Position numbers and translations under genes: made by a program | Origin: the human T2T-CHM13v2.0 reference genome, Homo sapiens | DNA: 64,000 bases | Assembly: GCF_009914755.1 (NCBI RefSeq) | Contig: NC_060935.1 | Reading direction: 5' to 3' (one strand) | In this document: positions 62,315 through 64,000 of the stretch, one piece after another | Layout of the letters: the number at the start of each line of letters is the position of its first letter | How positions within the stretch are numbered: the stretch's first letter is position 1 | The notes under the pieces: model-generated | What the model was told of the DNA's origin: nothing | What the model saw: only the letters and a program-made list of their open reading frames with translations | The model's database searches: none

Positions 62315-63257
62315 TGTAGGGTCCAGCCCTACGGGGCTTAGTGGGTGTTCTCCCCATGTGCGGAGACCAGAGATTGTAATAAATAAAGGCACAAGACAAA
62401 GAGATAAAGAGAAAGCAGCTGGGCCTGGGGGACCACTACCATCAAGACGCGGAGACCAGTAGTGCCCTGAACGGCTGGGCGCGCTGATATTTATTGCATA
62501 CAAGACAAGGGGGCAGGATAAGGAGGGTGAATCTTCTAAGTGATAAGGTGAAGCAAGTCACCTTACGGTGACCCTTCCCTCTTAGGTAGCCGAAGTAGAG
62601 AGGAAAGGCAGCATACATCAGTGTTGTCTTCTATGCAGTTATAAGAACGATCAAAGACTTTAAGACTTTCACTATTTCTTCTACCGCTATCTACTACGAA
62701 CTTCAAAGAGGAACCAGGAGTACGGGAGGAGCATGAAAGTGGACAAGGAGTGTGATCATTCAAGCACCACAGGGAGGGGGTTAGGCCTCCGGATGACTGC
62801 GGGCCAGGCCTGGAGAATATCCAGCCTCCCACAAGAAGCTGGTGGAGCAGAGTGTTCCCCGACCTCTCCAAGGAAAGGAGACTCCCTTTCGCGGTCGGCT
62901 AAGGAACGGGTGCCTTCCCAGGCACTCGCGTTACCGCTTGACCAAGGAGCCCTCAAGCGGCCCTTATGTTGGCGTGACAGAGGGCTCACCTCTTGCCTTC
63001 TAGGTCACTTCTCACAACGTCCCTTCAGCACCTGACCCTATACCCACCGCTTATTCCTAGGTTATATAGTAATGGAACAAAGAGTAATATTAAAAGCTAA
63101 TGACTAATAATGTTTATAATAATGATTGATAATTGTCCATGAGCATCTCTATATCTAATTTGTATTATGACTATTCTTATTCTATTTTCTTTATTATACT
63201 GAAACAGTTTGTGCCTTCAGTCTCTTGCCTGGGCACCTGGGTCATCCTCCGCCCACA
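62315..63257 (-). mobile_element. LTR13A-type (HML-4) solo LTR
   Basis: Same termini as the 22727 copy; perfect 6-bp TSD GGGGAC. Confidence 0.87.
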
Positions 63258-63789
63258 GGGGACCGCTGGAGGACAGACCATCCCTGGAGACGTGGGTTGC
63301 CGGACCTCGGGCCAGTCTCCCAAATGGTACAGCAGGACTGATGGGTCCCCAGCCTCCTCTCCCCAGCTACAGTCGTCCAGACCACCATTGCCATCCAGGA
63401 ACCCCAGGGATTGTAGGGGTCAAGGGAAGGAGGATGGACCTCGTCCTGGACTCCAGAGTTCTCCTCTCCAATCTGGGCCCCCCTCCCCATCTCTTGGCAC
63501 AACTGTGAGTGGCATCTCAGGCCTCCTTCCTCCACCATGTCAGGAATCAACACAGTCTTGTGAATACAGGGACCTCTCCATGGAGGGGTTAGCTTTTTTC
63601 CTTTCAGAAGGCACCTTCTTAGGCCAGGCCCCCGATTCCCAGGACTTCCCTCCTCCGCCTTGTTTGAGGAGGACCTGGCCCCACAGCGCCACCTGTTTAT
63701 AACAGGAAAGCAACAGGAGCGGCCGCCACCTGTTAGCAGCTGCAATTTGGTGAGGAACACTTGGGGCTAACTGAATGGGTCCACACACC

Positions 63790-64000
63790 GTCCTGAGGCC
63801 AGACCCCAGGAGAACCCCCGGGAGATGCCCCGCCTGCCTCAGACAGACGCCCCCTTCCCCAGAGGAGCGCCGGGGTCCTGAGGCCAGACCCCAGGAGAAC
63901 CCCCGGGAGATGCCCCGCCTGCCTCAGACAGACGCCCCCTTCCCCAGAGGAGCGCCGGGGTCCTGAGGCCAGACCCCAGGAGAACCCCCGGGAGATGCCC
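63790..64000. repeat. VNTR, 85-bp unit, at least 2.5 copies (runs off the window end)
   Basis: GTCCTGAGGCCAGACCCCAGGAGAACCCCCGGGAGATGCCC... starts at 63790, 63875 and 63960. Confidence 0.93.

Larger units (their letters stand above)
60990..63780 (+). pseudogene. Degenerate gammaretrovirus-like gag(-pro/pol) relic of the MER52-associated provirus
   Basis: Fragment MEAFQNLTQVFELSWKDIMLLLNQTLTAEKQATPQAAENLGDELY is capsid-like (ERV9/HERV-W group); many stops and frameshifts. Confidence 0.7.

Overview
Primate DNA, almost certainly human: dense Alu/ERV content and a complete B4GALNT4 gene, which from prior knowledge places it at 11p15.5 between the IFITM cluster and PKP3. The only protein-coding gene I can support is B4GALNT4 (+ strand). 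It has 20 coding exons from ATG 42271 to TGA 54115, all with GT-AG introns; the exon lengths sum to 3120 nt = 1039 aa plus stop. The protein shows a type II signal-anchor, a PA14-like region, a Pro-rich stem and a GT7-type catalytic domain with DLH and WGGED motifs. The rest is a nested retroelement landscape: two convergent LTR7, MST, LTR2, a MER41A-type provirus remnant, MER51, three same-orientation LTR13 solo LTRs with their own TSDs, an ERV-L pol relic, a MER52 provirus with a tRNA-Pro PBS, many Alus and L1 fragments. There is also an orphan CpG island and an unusually dense set of VNTRs. The most striking observation is a 12 x 32-bp VNTR in the last intron that is a tandem amplification of the branch point and 3' splice site itself; only the last copy carries the AG. 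Other notable items are a duplicated pair of short in-frame uORFs before the start codon and a 47 x 38-bp near-perfect VNTR inside an LTR. Almost all long ORFs in the track are artefacts of repeats or GC-rich DNA. Repeat family names come from recalled consensus sequences and need RepeatMasker/Dfam confirmation.
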